DNA from: Octopus bimaculoides
Taxonomy: Eukaryota
Direction: 5' to 3'
Assembly (NCBI RefSeq): GCF_001194135.2
Contig: NC_068996.1
Location: forward strand, 7,263,680-7,327,679
DNA: 64,000 nucleotides
Positions 36,382 through 49,980 of this stretch are shown here, one piece after another (within the stretch, counting starts at the first letter, position 1; every line of letters begins with the position of its first letter). A program made the position numbers and the translations under genes. The notes below the pieces were generated by a model, which was given only the letters and a program-made list of their open reading frames with translations, had not been told where the DNA came from and ran no database searches.

Positions 36382-37337
36382 CATATAATGGTTTAAATAT
36401 GATTGACCTTGGGTTGAATAGCATTCTTACTAACATTAGTGGAAACACACTATTACATGTACCTGAACATATGTGCATTTATGCATAGATACGTATGTAG
36501 TGTTCATAGAGCTCACATAGTCTATCTTTTATTTTTTTTACTTGTTTTAGTCATTAGACTGCGACCAAGCTGGGGCACCATCTTGAACAATTTTTAGTCA
36601 AATGAGTCAACCCCAGTTCTTATTTTTTCCTTTTAAGTCTGATACTTATTCTATCAGTCTCTTTTGCCAAACCACTAAGTCATCGGAATATAAGCAAACC
36701 AATACCCATTGTAAAGTAGGGTGGAGGACACACATACACACGTACATACATATACAACAGGTTTCTTTCACTTTCCATGTAACAAATTCACTCACAAGGC
36801 TGTGGTTGGCCCAAGGTTATAGTAGAAGACACTTGCCTAGGGGTCATGCAGTGGGACTGTACCTGGATCCATGTGGTTGAGAAGCAAACTTCTTACCATA
36901 CATCCATGTCTGCATTTGTTTCATATTACTTATTTTCATAATTACTTTAAAAATCTCCATATCTGCACCTCTTTCATTTTAAATTGAATCTCTGTGAATT
37001 GAAAAAAAAACGTGTAGTGTTATCAACAGATCAATAAAATTATTAATATTGATCCAGACCAATTTATTTGAAACCATTTTAAATGAGAGGTGGAGAACCT
37101 CATTTTAGTACCACTTTACAAGAAATGTATTACAACTACATAAGAACTTGTGAAGCAGGTATGTATATGTGTGTATATATAATAAAGTCTGACTCTTTCA
37201 AGCTTGTGAAAGTGGATATTAAACCAATGATTTCATGTGTGTGTGTGTGTGTGTGTGTATGTGCTGATGTATTTTGATAAAGGGTGTAAATATCTGCAAG
37301 GAAACTATGGAAACCTATGCTTTTCCAAATGAATTAC

Positions 37338-37389
37338 CCTATTGATATTTGTTCTGCCTTCAGTTTACAACTCCCTGTCACTGTCGGAG
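37338..37389 (-). CDS. Candidate internal exon (x)PTVTGSCKLKAEQISI(G)
   Basis: Acceptor ttagttcattgcag|, donor AGG|gtaatt; 52 nt, phase 1 to 2. Overlaps a competing plus-strand C1-like frame. Confidence 0.45.
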
Positions 37390-37535
37390 CTGCAATGAAC
37401 TAATAGTTGGTCAATAGGATACCTGTAGCCAACAATGCTGCTATCGTTTACTAATTGCAATATATGCGTGATGCCATTTTAAATAATGTTATAAAATATG
37501 CATGGTGTTATCAATGTCATAAATATATCTGCTGA

Positions 37536-37569
<34 letters not shown>

Positions 37570-38645
37570 GTAGTGAAGATGGATCTGCTGTTTAATGGTT
37601 GTCTACACAATTCCATACATAGCTGGAACTTAATCCATTTTTAGAGAAGACATCAATCACTTTGAGAGGACACATGGCCATGTTAACTTGCTATAAATCA
37701 TTAGGGAGGTGTGTGTGTGTGTGTGTGTGTTGACTTGCTTTAAATTATTGAGTAGACAATAATGAATTAGGTGTCCATTGATTGTGGAAATAAGTATATA
37801 ACACATCACTATCCTTGCCTTGCTAGAAATAGAAATTTATTACATCTGAACAGAATGAATTATATAATTTGAATTACTAAGACAGCAATATTCACATCCC
37901 ATTATTTTTATGCATTTTTCTTTTATGCCTATCTTTTTTTTTTTTTTAAATCTTTTTTCATTCCTGGAAAAAGAAAAATTGTTGGATTCTCCCCCCCCCC
38001 TCTCTTTTTTCCTTAGACTTCCTTTTTTCTTATTTTCCTTTTCTGCATTTCCCTTTGTTTCTCCTTTTCTTTTCGTACTCCCTTCTCTTTCCTCATTCTT
38101 TCATCTCTCTCTTTCTCTCTCAATCTGAATTATCACTTGCCAATTGTCATTTTTTTCCTCCTGTCTTTTTTTTTTCTTTGGTTTTTCTTTTGTCTCTTGT
38201 CTTTCTTCAAATGTTTTTATTTCTTCTCTTTTTGTTCCAACTTTTATCTTTTACAGTTTTTTTTCCTTCTAGTTATTTATTTCTTTTGTGTGTGTGTGTA
38301 TATGTGCATACATTATCTATCTCAATCTAAGGTTTGCTGTTTTTCTTCTAAAATTCCAGTATTGATTACATATATATATATATATACATGTTGCTTATGT
38401 ATATTATGTGTGTATATATATATACACACACCTTTTTATGTGTTTCACTTACTAGACTACAGCCATAATGGGACACCACCTTGAAAAATTTTAGCTGAAC
38501 AAATCAACCCCAGTATAAAATATTTCAAATTTTGGCACATAGTTTTATTTAGATTGTTGTGGCTGCCATTTCAGGCATGTCAAACATCTATGCATATATT
38601 CCTTGCTGACTCCTTGTGTGTGCATGTGCATGTGTGCGTGCATGC

Positions 38646-38688
<43 letters not shown>

Positions 38689-38923
38689 GTACACACGCAG
38701 TTGATGTTGGCTCTAATTTTTATAGTTTCTAGCAATTGACAATAAAACTGACAAACTTTAGCTCTTATGAATGGGATTTATTACGTTGTATTGTTGTATT
38801 AATGGCAATGGATTGGCAGAACCATTTCAATAGAGCAGAATTCTTGGTAGCATTTATTCTGAATTCAAATCCCATTGGGGTCAATTATGCCTTTCACCTT
38901 TTCAAGGTCATTGAAGTTCCAGA

Positions 38924-39027
<104 letters not shown>

Positions 39028-39619
39028 GTATATGTATTTATATATTTGCTGGTAAGAATAGAGTTTCTTAAATGGAAAGAGAAATTAAGAAGATTGCTTT
39101 GGTCTACTGACAGAACAGCTGTCATGTTTACAGGAGATATGGGTTCAACTTTCACAGGCAGCCTTTGACTTTTCCTACTCAGAAAGGATTTCTCAACTCA
39201 ATATTTACACGCTATTATTTATAGCTCTCTGTACTTTGAGATCCTTTTTCTAATATAGATAGATGCAGTCATGGTTGCGTGGTAAGAAGTTTGCTTCCCA
39301 ACCACATGGTTCCTGGTTCAGTTCCTCTGCTTGACACTTTAGTCAAGTGTCTTTTATTGTACCCTTGGACTGACCAAAGCCTTGTGAGTAGATTTGGAAG
39401 ATGAAAACAGAAAGAAGCCAGCTGTGTGTGTGTGTGTGTTTGTTTCTGTGTCTGTGTTTGTTCCCCACCACCGCTTAACAATTGGTTGTGGGTTTGGCAA
39501 AAGAGACCAATAGAATAAATACCTGGCTTAAGAAGTAAGTACCGGGATTAATTCATTTAATTAAAATTCTTCAAGGTGATACTCCAGCATGACTGTTGTC
39601 TGATGACTGAAATAAGTAA

Positions 39620-39852
39620 GGCAGCGAGCTGGCAGAAATGTTAGCACACTGGGCGAAAAGTTTAGCAGTATGTCATCTGCCGTTACATTCTGAGTTCAAA
39701 TTCCACCGAGGTTGACTTTGCCTTTCATCCTTTCGGGGTCGATAAATTAAGTACCAGTTACGCACTGGAGGGTCGATGTAATCGACTTAATCCCTTTGTC
39801 TGTCCTTGTTTGTTCTCTCTATGTTTAGCCCCTTGTGGGCAATAAAAAAAAA
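39620..39852 (+). mobile_element. SINE family A inserted in a family B tail
   Basis: Flanked by TGAAATAAGTAA at 39608-19 and 39853-64. Confidence 0.8.
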
Positions 39853-40710
39853 TGAAATAAGTAAAAGATAAGACGAGAGGTGTTAAGTGCACTTTGATCA
39901 AATGTTCTATTCTCACCTGGAGACCAATTTATACGTTGTGAATGGATTTGGCACATGAAAACTGAAAGAGGCCCATTGAGTCTGTATATTTGTGTTTTGT
40001 CTTGTTGGCTTGACATAGTGTAGTAATTGTAAATGAGCATCCCTGTCCAACAAGTGGTGTCCTTTGTTTCTAATCTTCTACAAAAATATTTCTAAACATG
40101 GACAAATATTACATTGTTGGAAACAGGTGAAGATTGGTAAAAGGAGGAGCATTCAGCTGTAGAAAATGTGATTCAACAAATTCTGTTTCACCTAAGCAAG
40201 CATGGAAAAGTGGACATTAAAATGACTATGATGATGCTGATGTGTGTGTGTGTGTGAAGTCATTCTTGAATGCTGCTGGTAAAATGTAACCTACAACAAA
40301 CTGTTGTCTGGTCAGTCCATTGGCAACTAAATCTGCACCTATAGCCATACTTTTCCATGTTGACATAGGATGGATGTATGGATGGATAGATGGAATTTGT
40401 TGAAGTAGATTTTTCTACAGCCTGGTGTTGTTTCTGTTGTTAATCCTTGCCTGTTTCCAAGTAAGGTAATATTTCTCCATGACCAAATTGGAAATGAAAA
40501 ACACCATTTACTTGCATGACTGTGATGCTTGTATACAACTATCATGCGGTGTTGTGTATGTGGTTTGTACCTATAATTCAAGTATCCAGCTATGTCACAT
40601 TGTGTCACACTGATTCAGCGTGAAAAATTGCATAAAGAGCACAGAGTAGCATGTCGACTATTTTGTTACTTAAATATTAGATTTCCCAGTAACAAATCAT
40701 TCATTTAGTT

Positions 40711-41051
40711 CACTGGTTCTCAACTGGGGTCCATATAGGCACAGAGGGTCCATGTAAGATTTTTTTTTGGGGTCTCACAACAAAATAGTAAATTGAGGAT
40801 CCACAATAATATTTTTTAGACTCCTGAAAAAAATGTTGCTTTTGATGTATGTATTGGTATTTATTGCAAGAAACAGCTGGGTTTCTTTTTCTGACATTTT
40901 AAATAGTTTAAACTGCACAAGTTAATGTGTAATAAAACAAAATAAGTATTTGAAAGTTTCTATAAAATTAGTTTTTAAACATCAAATGGCTATGGGGGTC
41001 CACCAGGATAAAATAGTAATCCATAGATATTTTCATGGTTGAGAACCCCTG
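40711..41051. mobile_element. hAT-like MITE
   Basis: TIRs CACTGGTTCTCAAC and GTTGAGAACCCCTG; 8-bp flanks ATTTAGTT and AGTTAGCT (6/8); related decayed copy at about 4208-4441. Confidence 0.7.
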
Positions 41052-41678
41052 AGTTAGCTGAACAACAGAATGCTCCTCATCAAAATCAATAGAGATCCCA
41101 ATATTTTTGCTTGATAAACAATTCTCATCATTGTCATCACTTGCATCTATCTTCTTTGTTTTGTTTTTATATGCTGACATAGATGACAAGAGTGCATCTC
41201 CTTGCATTTCACCACTCGTTCTGTGTTCAAATCCTTCCGAAATTAACTTTGCCTTTCATCTCTCCAGGGTTGATACAATGAAATACCAGTGCCAGTCTGG
41301 TACAGAGATTGCACACACTGCGACAGAGATCTTGAATTTAAAGTGTCTTGTGTAGAATGTAGGATGTACCTTGCAGCTCTAGCTTTTGAACGGTGTGTGT
41401 ATTTCCAAGCCAGGATAATGTTTTTATCTTATTATTATTACTAAGGCAGCGAGCTGGCAGAATCGTTAGCATGCTGGGCAGAATGCTTAGTGGCATTTCG
41501 TCCATTTTCACATTTTGAATTTCAAATTCGATTAAGGTTGACTTTGCTTTTCATCCTTTTGGCATTGAAGGTATAAATACCAGTTGAACAGTGGGGTTGA
41601 TTTAATTGACTTACCTCTCCCGCCCCAAAATTGCTGGCCTTGTATCAAAATTTGAAACTATTAATTCTTTTGTCATCA

Positions 41679-41725
<47 letters not shown>

Positions 41726-42803
41726 ATAACTAGTGCTCTATTTATTATTCTTGGCTTTTAGTTTCATGCTTCACATCCTAATAATTACAATTTCACAATT
41801 CTTGAACTTTCACTGATTTTCTTTTTCCTTTTTTCTTCCTTTTTATTTCTTTTTTATTTTATTTAAAAAATTTTTTTTTTGTGTGTGTTTGAGCAGTGGT
41901 TTTGCTCAGAAGGGGATTAGGATGTCTATTAGAGTGCAAACATTTTCGCTTCAGTCCTTGATAATTATATTTGGATGTTTATTTTTTCTTTCATTTTTTT
42001 TTTTTCTCCTTGCTTTTGTTTATTTTCACATCAAAGTATCAGCACATTGCCCTATGGACATAACTGTTGATTCATTCAGGTCTGTAAATATATTTAGATT
42101 GCTAAGGACTATGCAGCCATAAATGATAAAGTCAATTTTCTCATTTCACTGGTTGCATAATCTGCACTTGGTATTAGCATAATTTTTATATTATTTTTAT
42201 GGAATTATCATTGACTAGGTATCATTCCTATGTAGATAAAAATCAGGCTTGTTGTTTCTGCTTTTAGCCCAGAGCTTTGACACATCATTGGTTTCCATTT
42301 TGGTTTACTTCATTGCTATCAAGGTTTTTAAGCTATTGGCCATGGAGTGGTTTTTGTTTTCTTTTTCTCCATTTTTTTTTCTTTAGGATATTTTAGCATT
42401 CTGTTTTGATTATCCTTTTCTTTTTTTTTATTCAACCTTGCCTATTGTTTTGTCCTTATCAAAATCCTTTTCTGTAGTGTAGTTAGTTTCCAGTTCTTTA
42501 TTGTTTTCTTACATACATGTATATATATTGTATGTTTTTCTACTCATAAGGCTTTCTTAGCCCTGTGCTGTAGTAGCAGACACTTGCCCAAAGTGCCGTG
42601 CAGTGGCCTTGAACCCTGAACCTTATGGTTAGGAAGTGAACTTCTTACTACACAGCTGCACCTTTGCCTATAAGAGTGTGTGTGTGTGTGTATGCATATA
42701 TATTTATATATGTGTGTGTATGTAGGTATAGATATCTATCTACACATACACACATACATATATATATCATCATCATCATCGTTTAACGTCCGCNNNNNNN
42801 NNN

Positions 42804-42863
<60 letters not shown>

Positions 42864-43507
42864 GGAGAGGAATGTTTTTATCTTTTTCATTTTCGTTTCC
42901 TTATTGCACACTTGAGGTTATCTCTGCTTGTAAATATTTTTCTTGTCCCATGGTTGTTACAAAGTAACATGTTCAAACTACAGTGCTTGGGAAAATGACT
43001 TCTACAATAGCCCTGGGTTGTCTACAGCCTTGTGATTGAATTTGATATGTGGAAACTAAAAGAAACCTTGCATGTGTGTGCTTGTCTGTGTGAATGCAAT
43101 TGTGTGTGCGTATATATGAGTGTATGTGCTTCTTTTGTTTTGTTCTCTTTATCTTGTCGTCACCTGCTGATCGTAAACAAAATACAAGTGGTGTTGTTTG
43201 TTTGTAATCTTTATTGGAAACATGTTTAGGCAAGTTGAAATATTAGTTTACTTGGAAAGGAGTGCAGCTGGTAACTGATGGAGCATCCAGCCATAAGATA
43301 ATCTATCTTACTGAATTCCATCTGATGTATGCAAACATAGTAAAAAAAAAGGTGTTATAATAATGATGGTGTTGATGATAGTTTTCGCTTTGTAGTAGTT
43401 TTCTATTTCTCCTCCCTATGAATGGGGTAGGTATATTCTATATATATATATATCAACTTTTGAGATGGTGACTCCAGAACTCTGTTAGAAGTTTCCTGTT
43501 TTCCCAT

Positions 43508-43702
43508 CTATCCCTCTTTTCTAACCTCTATACCTGTGAGGGTTGTGGCATCAGTCCTCAAACACCCACTCCATAAGGTTCTATCAGAATCAAATGACTT
43601 TACTCTTTCTGGTTGGATTCCCAAGCATGACCAACCTAGGTTATAGATATTATCCAACCATCGCATTTTGAGGCTTTCCCTAGGTTTCCAGTCAGTTGGT
43701 TT
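43508..43702 (-). mobile_element. RTE-like LINE ORF2 C-terminal remnant
   Basis: Stop-free KPTDWKPRESLKMRWLDNIYNLGWSCLGIQPERVKSFDSDRTLWSGCLRT...; resembles the RPRGRP..RW.D...DR..W tail. Confidence 0.55.
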
Positions 43703-44418
43703 GGCTTGAAGTTTGCCTCAGTAAATTCTGTCCTACCCATGCAAGCATGGAAAAGCGGACATTAAATTATATATGTATGTGTTTGTGCTTAAATGTGAGT
43801 GCCTTTTTGTTTGTCTCTACACCGCTTGAAAACCGATGTTCCTTTGTTTACATCCTTGTAACTTAGTAATTTGGAAAAAGAGACTGATAGAATATGTACC
43901 AGACTTAAAAATAGATACTGGGGGCCAATTTATTCAACTGAACCCTTCGAGGAAATGCTCCAGCATGGCTGCAGTCCAATGACTGAAACAAGTAAACAAG
44001 TAAAAAAATGCATTAGATAAAGACATTCACTATATCAGAATTTTCAGTTCAGTCATAATGGATAACGTCTTGTACAAGATCAGTGGAAACTGTGTGGAAG
44101 CCCATCATATATATTTGTGTGTGTGTGTGTGTACTTGTTTGTGTTTGGCTCTCATTCATGGCAAGCAATGTTGGTTTATTTACATTCCTGTAACTTAGTT
44201 GCAATAAGAGACTGAGGAATGAGATTAAATACCAAATTTAAAGTAACAATATACTGCTATATTTTTGATCATCCAAATCCTTCAAGGTGGTGGTCCAATA
44301 TGGCTTCAGTCCAGTATCTGAAATAAGTAAAAGAACTGTGCATGTCTGTGTATTATGTGTGCGCATGCTTGCATGGACACACACACACACGTGTATGTAT
44401 GTATATATATATATATAT

Positions 44419-44618
44419 GGTGGTTGTCTACTCCTTAAACAGAGTTTGACCACCTCCTGCACCTACACCTTAGCCCTTTCATGGCGTCTGATGTGGCTTT
44501 TTAAACCAGACAGTGTTTTGTAAAAACACCCACACAGATTGCACCTCTGATATGCACTACCAATACCTGCAAATAAGTTCTGCTCATTGTGGATCCTAAC
44601 ATGTCTTTTAAGACCCCC
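44419..44618 (-). mobile_element. C2H2 zinc-finger pair remnant, probably a LINE ORF2 3' end with short UTR
   Basis: 44618-44463 translates GGLKRHVRIHNEQNLFAGIGSAYQRCNLCGCFYKTLSGLKSHIRRHERAKV*; bounded by (TA)n/(TG)n. Confidence 0.55.
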
Positions 44619-44674
<56 letters not shown>

Positions 44675-44765
44675 ATATGTATATGTGTGTGTGTGTTTAT
44701 GTGTGTGTGTGTATATGTATATGTGTGTGTGTTTATATGTATATGTGTGTGTGTGTGTGTTTATA

Positions 44766-44803
<38 letters not shown>

Positions 44804-45590
44804 GTATACATGTATGTATATACATATATGTGTATATATGTATATACATATATGTGTATATATGCATATATATATATATATATATATATATGACAGCAAG
44901 ATGTGATTTGGCTGCTCTTTCTAGCAGATCGAAAAATCATGTAACTTCCCATTCCCTCATTGATTGCTTCCTTTTTACTTTATGGCAGTTCTTGCAGCTA
45001 AACTACATAAATAAATTACCAAACTGTTGTTGTTGTTCTACATTCCTTTGGTGGTCTGTCTACACTATTGCTATAGAAACCATAGAAGTGAAGATTCTGA
45101 CACCTGGTCAACCAATTATTTTTTTCGTATACAATGTCCATGTCGTGGTTTGATGCTTTGGGTGAGGAAGTGTGATGGGTGTGGAGGCGGGGGGGGGTCA
45201 TGGCTAGGGTGAGTGCAATCAAGTGCTGTGCATAATTCAAAGCTTGTCACAAATAAAGGAAGCCTTTCAATTTCTAGGTTAAATTAGAAACAAAACCCTT
45301 CACTAGTGACATCGTTACTGCTGCTTGTGCCACTGCTGCTGCTGTTGCTCGCTGATGCTTTTGATGATGCTGATACTGGTGGTGATGTTGATGAAGCTTA
45401 CAACCAGCGTTAAGTACTGTGGTTACATTGAATAAGACTGGCTGTACTGTTTCTTTCTTTGGCATATCTTCTCTCACTTTCCCTTCACACACACACACAC
45501 ATGTGTGTGTGTTTATTAGTTCTGTTTTGTAATAGTTTCATTCACTAGAATTATATAGCACACAGGAATAATAATAATAATAGTAATAAA

Positions 45591-45975
45591 GGTGGAGGCA
45601 CAATGGCCCAGTGGTTAGGGCAGCGGACTCGTGGTCATAGGATCGCGGTTTCAATTTCCAGACCGAGTGTTGTGTGTGTTTATTGAGCGAAAACACCTAA
45701 AGCTCCACGAGGCTCCGGCAGAGGATGGTGGTGAACCCTGCTGTACTCTTTCGCCACAACTTTCTCTCACTCTTACTTCCTGTTTCTGTTGTGCTTGTAT
45801 TTCAAAAGGTCAGCTTTGTCACACTGTGTCACGCTGAATATCCCCGAGAATTACATTAAAGGTACACGTGTCTGTGGAGTGCTCAGCAACTTGCACGTTA
45901 ATTTGACGAGCAGGCTGTTCCGTTGATCGGATCAACTGGAACCCTCGACGTCGTAAGCGATGGAGTGCCAACAAC
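45591..45975 (+). mobile_element. tRNA-headed SINE family G, apparently full length
   Basis: Perfect A box TGGCCCAGTGG (45604-14), B-box-like GGTTTCAATTTCC, CpG-retaining body and (CAA)/(AAT) tail; related head at 9408-9510. Confidence 0.75.
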
Positions 45976-46214
45976 AAAAATAATAATAATAATGATAATT
46001 AGCTCTCAACTACCAGCATGGTTGAAAAAGATTGGTGCAAGTGTGAAGGTAGGACACCTACAAAAATGAGCATTGCTTAGAACTGCAAGAATTCTTCACA
46101 GTGTTCTTGAAGCGTGACCAGGAAACAAGTGCCACCTTAGTCTGCTGGCTGTGGGCAGCTGGCACTTTCCATCATACCCAACAAAATAAGCTGTGAGTTT
46201 TCATCACATAATAA

Positions 46215-46852
46215 TAGTAATAATAATCTTTTCTACTAAAGGCACAAGGCCTGAAATTTTATGGGCATAGAGTCTAGTTGATTAAATCAACCCCAGTGTT
46301 TCACTGGTAATTAATTTATCAACTCCAAAAGGATGAAAGGCAAAATCGACCTTGGTGGAATTTGAACTTGGAACATAAGGATGGACAAAATGCTGCTAAG
46401 CAGTGTGCTAACTATTCTGCAAGTCTGCCACCTTCCATGTCAGCTCATCAATCCTTTCTACTATAGACACAAGCCTGAAATTTGACAGGAAGGAGTTAAT
46501 CAATTACATCAACCCCAGTACTTGACTGGGCCTTATTTCATTGACCCTGAAAGGATTAAAGGCAAAGTCAACCAGAATTTGAACTCAGAATGTAAGGTCA
46601 GAAGAAATACTGCTAAGCATTTTGGTCCAGTGCAGTAACAATTCTGCCAACTTCCCACCTTTCACAGTTTTATATCTTGGTACAAGGCCAGCAGTTTTTG
46701 AGGGGAGGGGATATTTGATTATAGTGTCCCATGTACTTGAATGGTACTTACTTTATTAACCCCTGAAAGAATGAAACGTAGAGTCGCTCTTGGAATTTGA
46801 ACTCAGAATGTAATGATGGACAAAATGCTTAGTAGCATTTTGTCTGGCATAC
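46215..46852 (-). mobile_element. Three head-to-tail diverged family A SINE copies
   Basis: The block ggcacaagg..tcaaccccag..gaaaggatgaaaggcaaa..gaatttgaact..gctaagc is repeated three times. Confidence 0.7.
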
Positions 46853-48206
46853 TTTTACTCTCTTTTACTCTTTTACTTGTTTCAGTCATTTGACTGTGGC
46901 CATGCTGGAGCACCGCCTTCAGTCGGGCAAATTGAACCCAGGATGTATTCTTTGTAAGCCTAGTACTTATTCTATCGGTCTCTTGTGCCAAACCGCTAAG
47001 TGACTGGGACGTAAACACACCACCATCGGTTGTCAAGCGATGTTGGGGGACAAACNNNNNNNNNNNNNNNNNNNNNNNNNNNNNNNNNNNNNNNNNNNNN
47101 NNNNNNNNNNNNNNNNNNNNNNNNNNNNNNNNNNNNNNNNNNNNNNNNNNNNNNNCTACTACTACTACTACTACTACTACCACTAATAATAATAATAATA
47201 ATAATGATAATAATAAGAAGAAGAAGAATGTTTGATCTAACTACTGTTAAATGACGTCTCTGGAGGAACATTAACAGATGTTATTGTCAGGAATGTGCTG
47301 CATGTGAATCCAAAGGTACAGTCTTCAGTGATTTGATAAAACTAATAATAATGATAAATGAGTAATGTTAGACATAACTACTGTTAAATGAAGACCCTGG
47401 AGGGGAATTAACAGATGTTATTGTCAGGAACATGGTACAAATGAAGAAAGATTCGGTTGTTAGGGATGTGACGGTATTACTGATTATAAATATGCAGGAG
47501 TTAAAAACTGATTATTGATTTTTCTCAGAAGGCGACAAATTTCTTTGAAAAGGATATAACAATATATAAACAGACAAAGCAGAGAAAATATTTATGGTCG
47601 AGGTTTGGTAACAAAGGCTAAAATTGGCAGCAGTGTGTTAAAGACTTGTGGTTCTTACAGCCAATACTACAAAGAAACCAGAATAATTTCTGATTTAGAT
47701 GCAAGACAAACAATTTAATTGGAGGGGTTTAGTAGAACACATCAATCTCTGTACCAGACTGGCACTGGTATTTCATTGTATCAACCCTGGAGAGATGAAA
47801 GGCAAAGTTAATTTCGGAAGGATTTGAACATAGATTGTAATATGCTGCATCAAATACAAGGCATTTTGTTGTCCAAAACTTTTAATGATTCTGCTGAACC
47901 ACCAGCCAGAAATTGACAGAAGTGCATTAAAGACTCTTTAAAACATCCAGATTACTCTGACAAATGTTATGCTTTATTTATTCATTTGTTTTAAATCAAT
48001 CCTGCATTAACTCTTAGCTTCAAGATTTCGATGATGTGATTATTTAGCTTTAGAATGACATTGCAGGGTAGTGTGAGAGGCTGGATCTAGTTGCTTTGAA
48101 TATAAAACAGAATATTTAGGTTTGATATGGCTGGTTTAAATGCTAAAGGGATGGATAAAGACCCTTTGTAGTTCTTTATAACTGATTTTTACAAAACAAC
48201 AGCAAA

Positions 48207-48244
<38 letters not shown>

Positions 48245-49162
48245 GATAATAATAATGATAATAATAATGATAATAATAATGATAATAATAATAATAATAA
48301 TAATAATAATATGTATAAATACTGTGTAAACAATAAAAGCATACAGATAAAACAGCTATTACATGATTCAGTGGATGAGTTAGGAAATAGTTTCTATGTG
48401 TTTATTATATCAATGGAGTTTCTTTTTATTATTTATATAAGTTCATTGAAAACTTAACAGATGTTTTTTTATTTTGTTTTGTCTTTTTAGCAAGTTTGTT
48501 TTATTAGGAATAACTTTTTTTAAGAAATTGCATGTTTGTGTAATTTCTTGTGAATGATGATTGCATTGTGAAATTGCATGAATATCTGCGAGTATAAGGA
48601 TATTTGATTCCTATTATAGTTGTGAAATAAATCTATTGAGCCAACAGAAATTTGGATACAATACTCAGATAAAAATTACAGTAAGATGTGTGTGTGTGTG
48701 TGTGTGTGTGTGTGTTGTGCATATAATTATTCACATTTTTATTATGTGCTCTTTGCCATTTGAGTTTTTTTTATTTCTTTCTTTTCTTATTGATGTATCT
48801 TGTTTTCCATTACGCTTTTCAATGTATATTATATTTTATATAAAAATCATGTAACTGTGCACACAATATCACTGAGCAGATAAACAATTAACCAATCTTA
48901 TCTTTCCTGCTTTCCTGGCCTAGCATGTCTTGAAACGGTTATGAGCATTACTCGATAACATCCAATAATAAAACTTCTACGCAGATAATTCTGGAAGTAG
49001 AAATTGGATCAATATATCAATAGATAGATCAATGGATCAATAAATATCTGCAATCCTGCAATTGCCTTATCACTGTTTCTCTTATTTTTAGAAGTGAAGT
49101 GCTATTTTACCAAAATATTGATTCCTTTTATCTACCTACCATACCAATGGTGTATGTGTGTG

Positions 49163-49212
<50 letters not shown>

Positions 49213-49374
49213 GAATTGAATTGGACCTGAGTATATTACTGGCATGGCTTCCCACCCACATAGTTCTGGGTTCAGTGCCTTTGTGTATCACCATGTGCAA
49301 ATGTCTTCTACTATAGCCTTGGGCTGGCCAGAGCCTTGTGAGTATATTTGGTAGACAGAAACTGAAAGAAGCCC

Positions 49375-49430
<56 letters not shown>

Positions 49431-49780
49431 AAAAGTATGAGGAGTTTAGTTCATTGATGATCTAAACCAATAGGTACGCTACATAAGTGCTATAACTGGT
49501 CATCCATCAGGTTCCAAGTTCACAGCTCAGACTGGAGCTAGGCATCTGTGGTAGGCTTCTGGATCATACACTGAGATGTGGTGTGTATGCAGGGAGGTTC
49601 CAGACAAGGAATTTACAGTAGATAGAAGAATAAAGATAGAATAAATTTCACGAATCATCTTGTTCCGGAGGGTATGGAGGTTTGTCCTTATTTCTGTGAA
49701 GGTATACGTCCTTAAGTAAATCCAAGCAGTATTTTGAGTTGTGCATTCAGATTGAAGGAATAGATCTTGCAGTTAGCATT

Positions 49781-49980
49781 CTGGCCTTCATGCCAGTTGC
49801 ACGTTAAATCACCCACTACACTCTCGGAGTGGTTGGCGTTACGAAGGGCATCCAGCTGTAGAAACTCTGCTAGATCAGATTGGAGCCTGATGCAGCCTTC
49901 TGGCTCGCCAGTTCCCAGTCAAGCCATCCAACCCATACCAGCATGGAAAGCGGACGTTAAATGATGACGATGATGATGAT
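49781..49980 (+). mobile_element. SINE family C 3' part
   Basis: cacccactacactctcggagtggttggcgtt...ggacgttaaatgatgacgatgatgat. Confidence 0.8.

Noticed and set aside
40968-41207. 79-aa acidic minus-strand ORF
   Set aside because: It runs from a SINE fragment through a decayed (GAT)n tract into a hAT MITE end, with no good splice sites.
45274-45498. His/Gln/Ala-rich 74-aa ORF and signal-peptide-like antisense frame
   Set aside because: Decayed (TGC)/(TGA) trinucleotide repeats with no splice signals.
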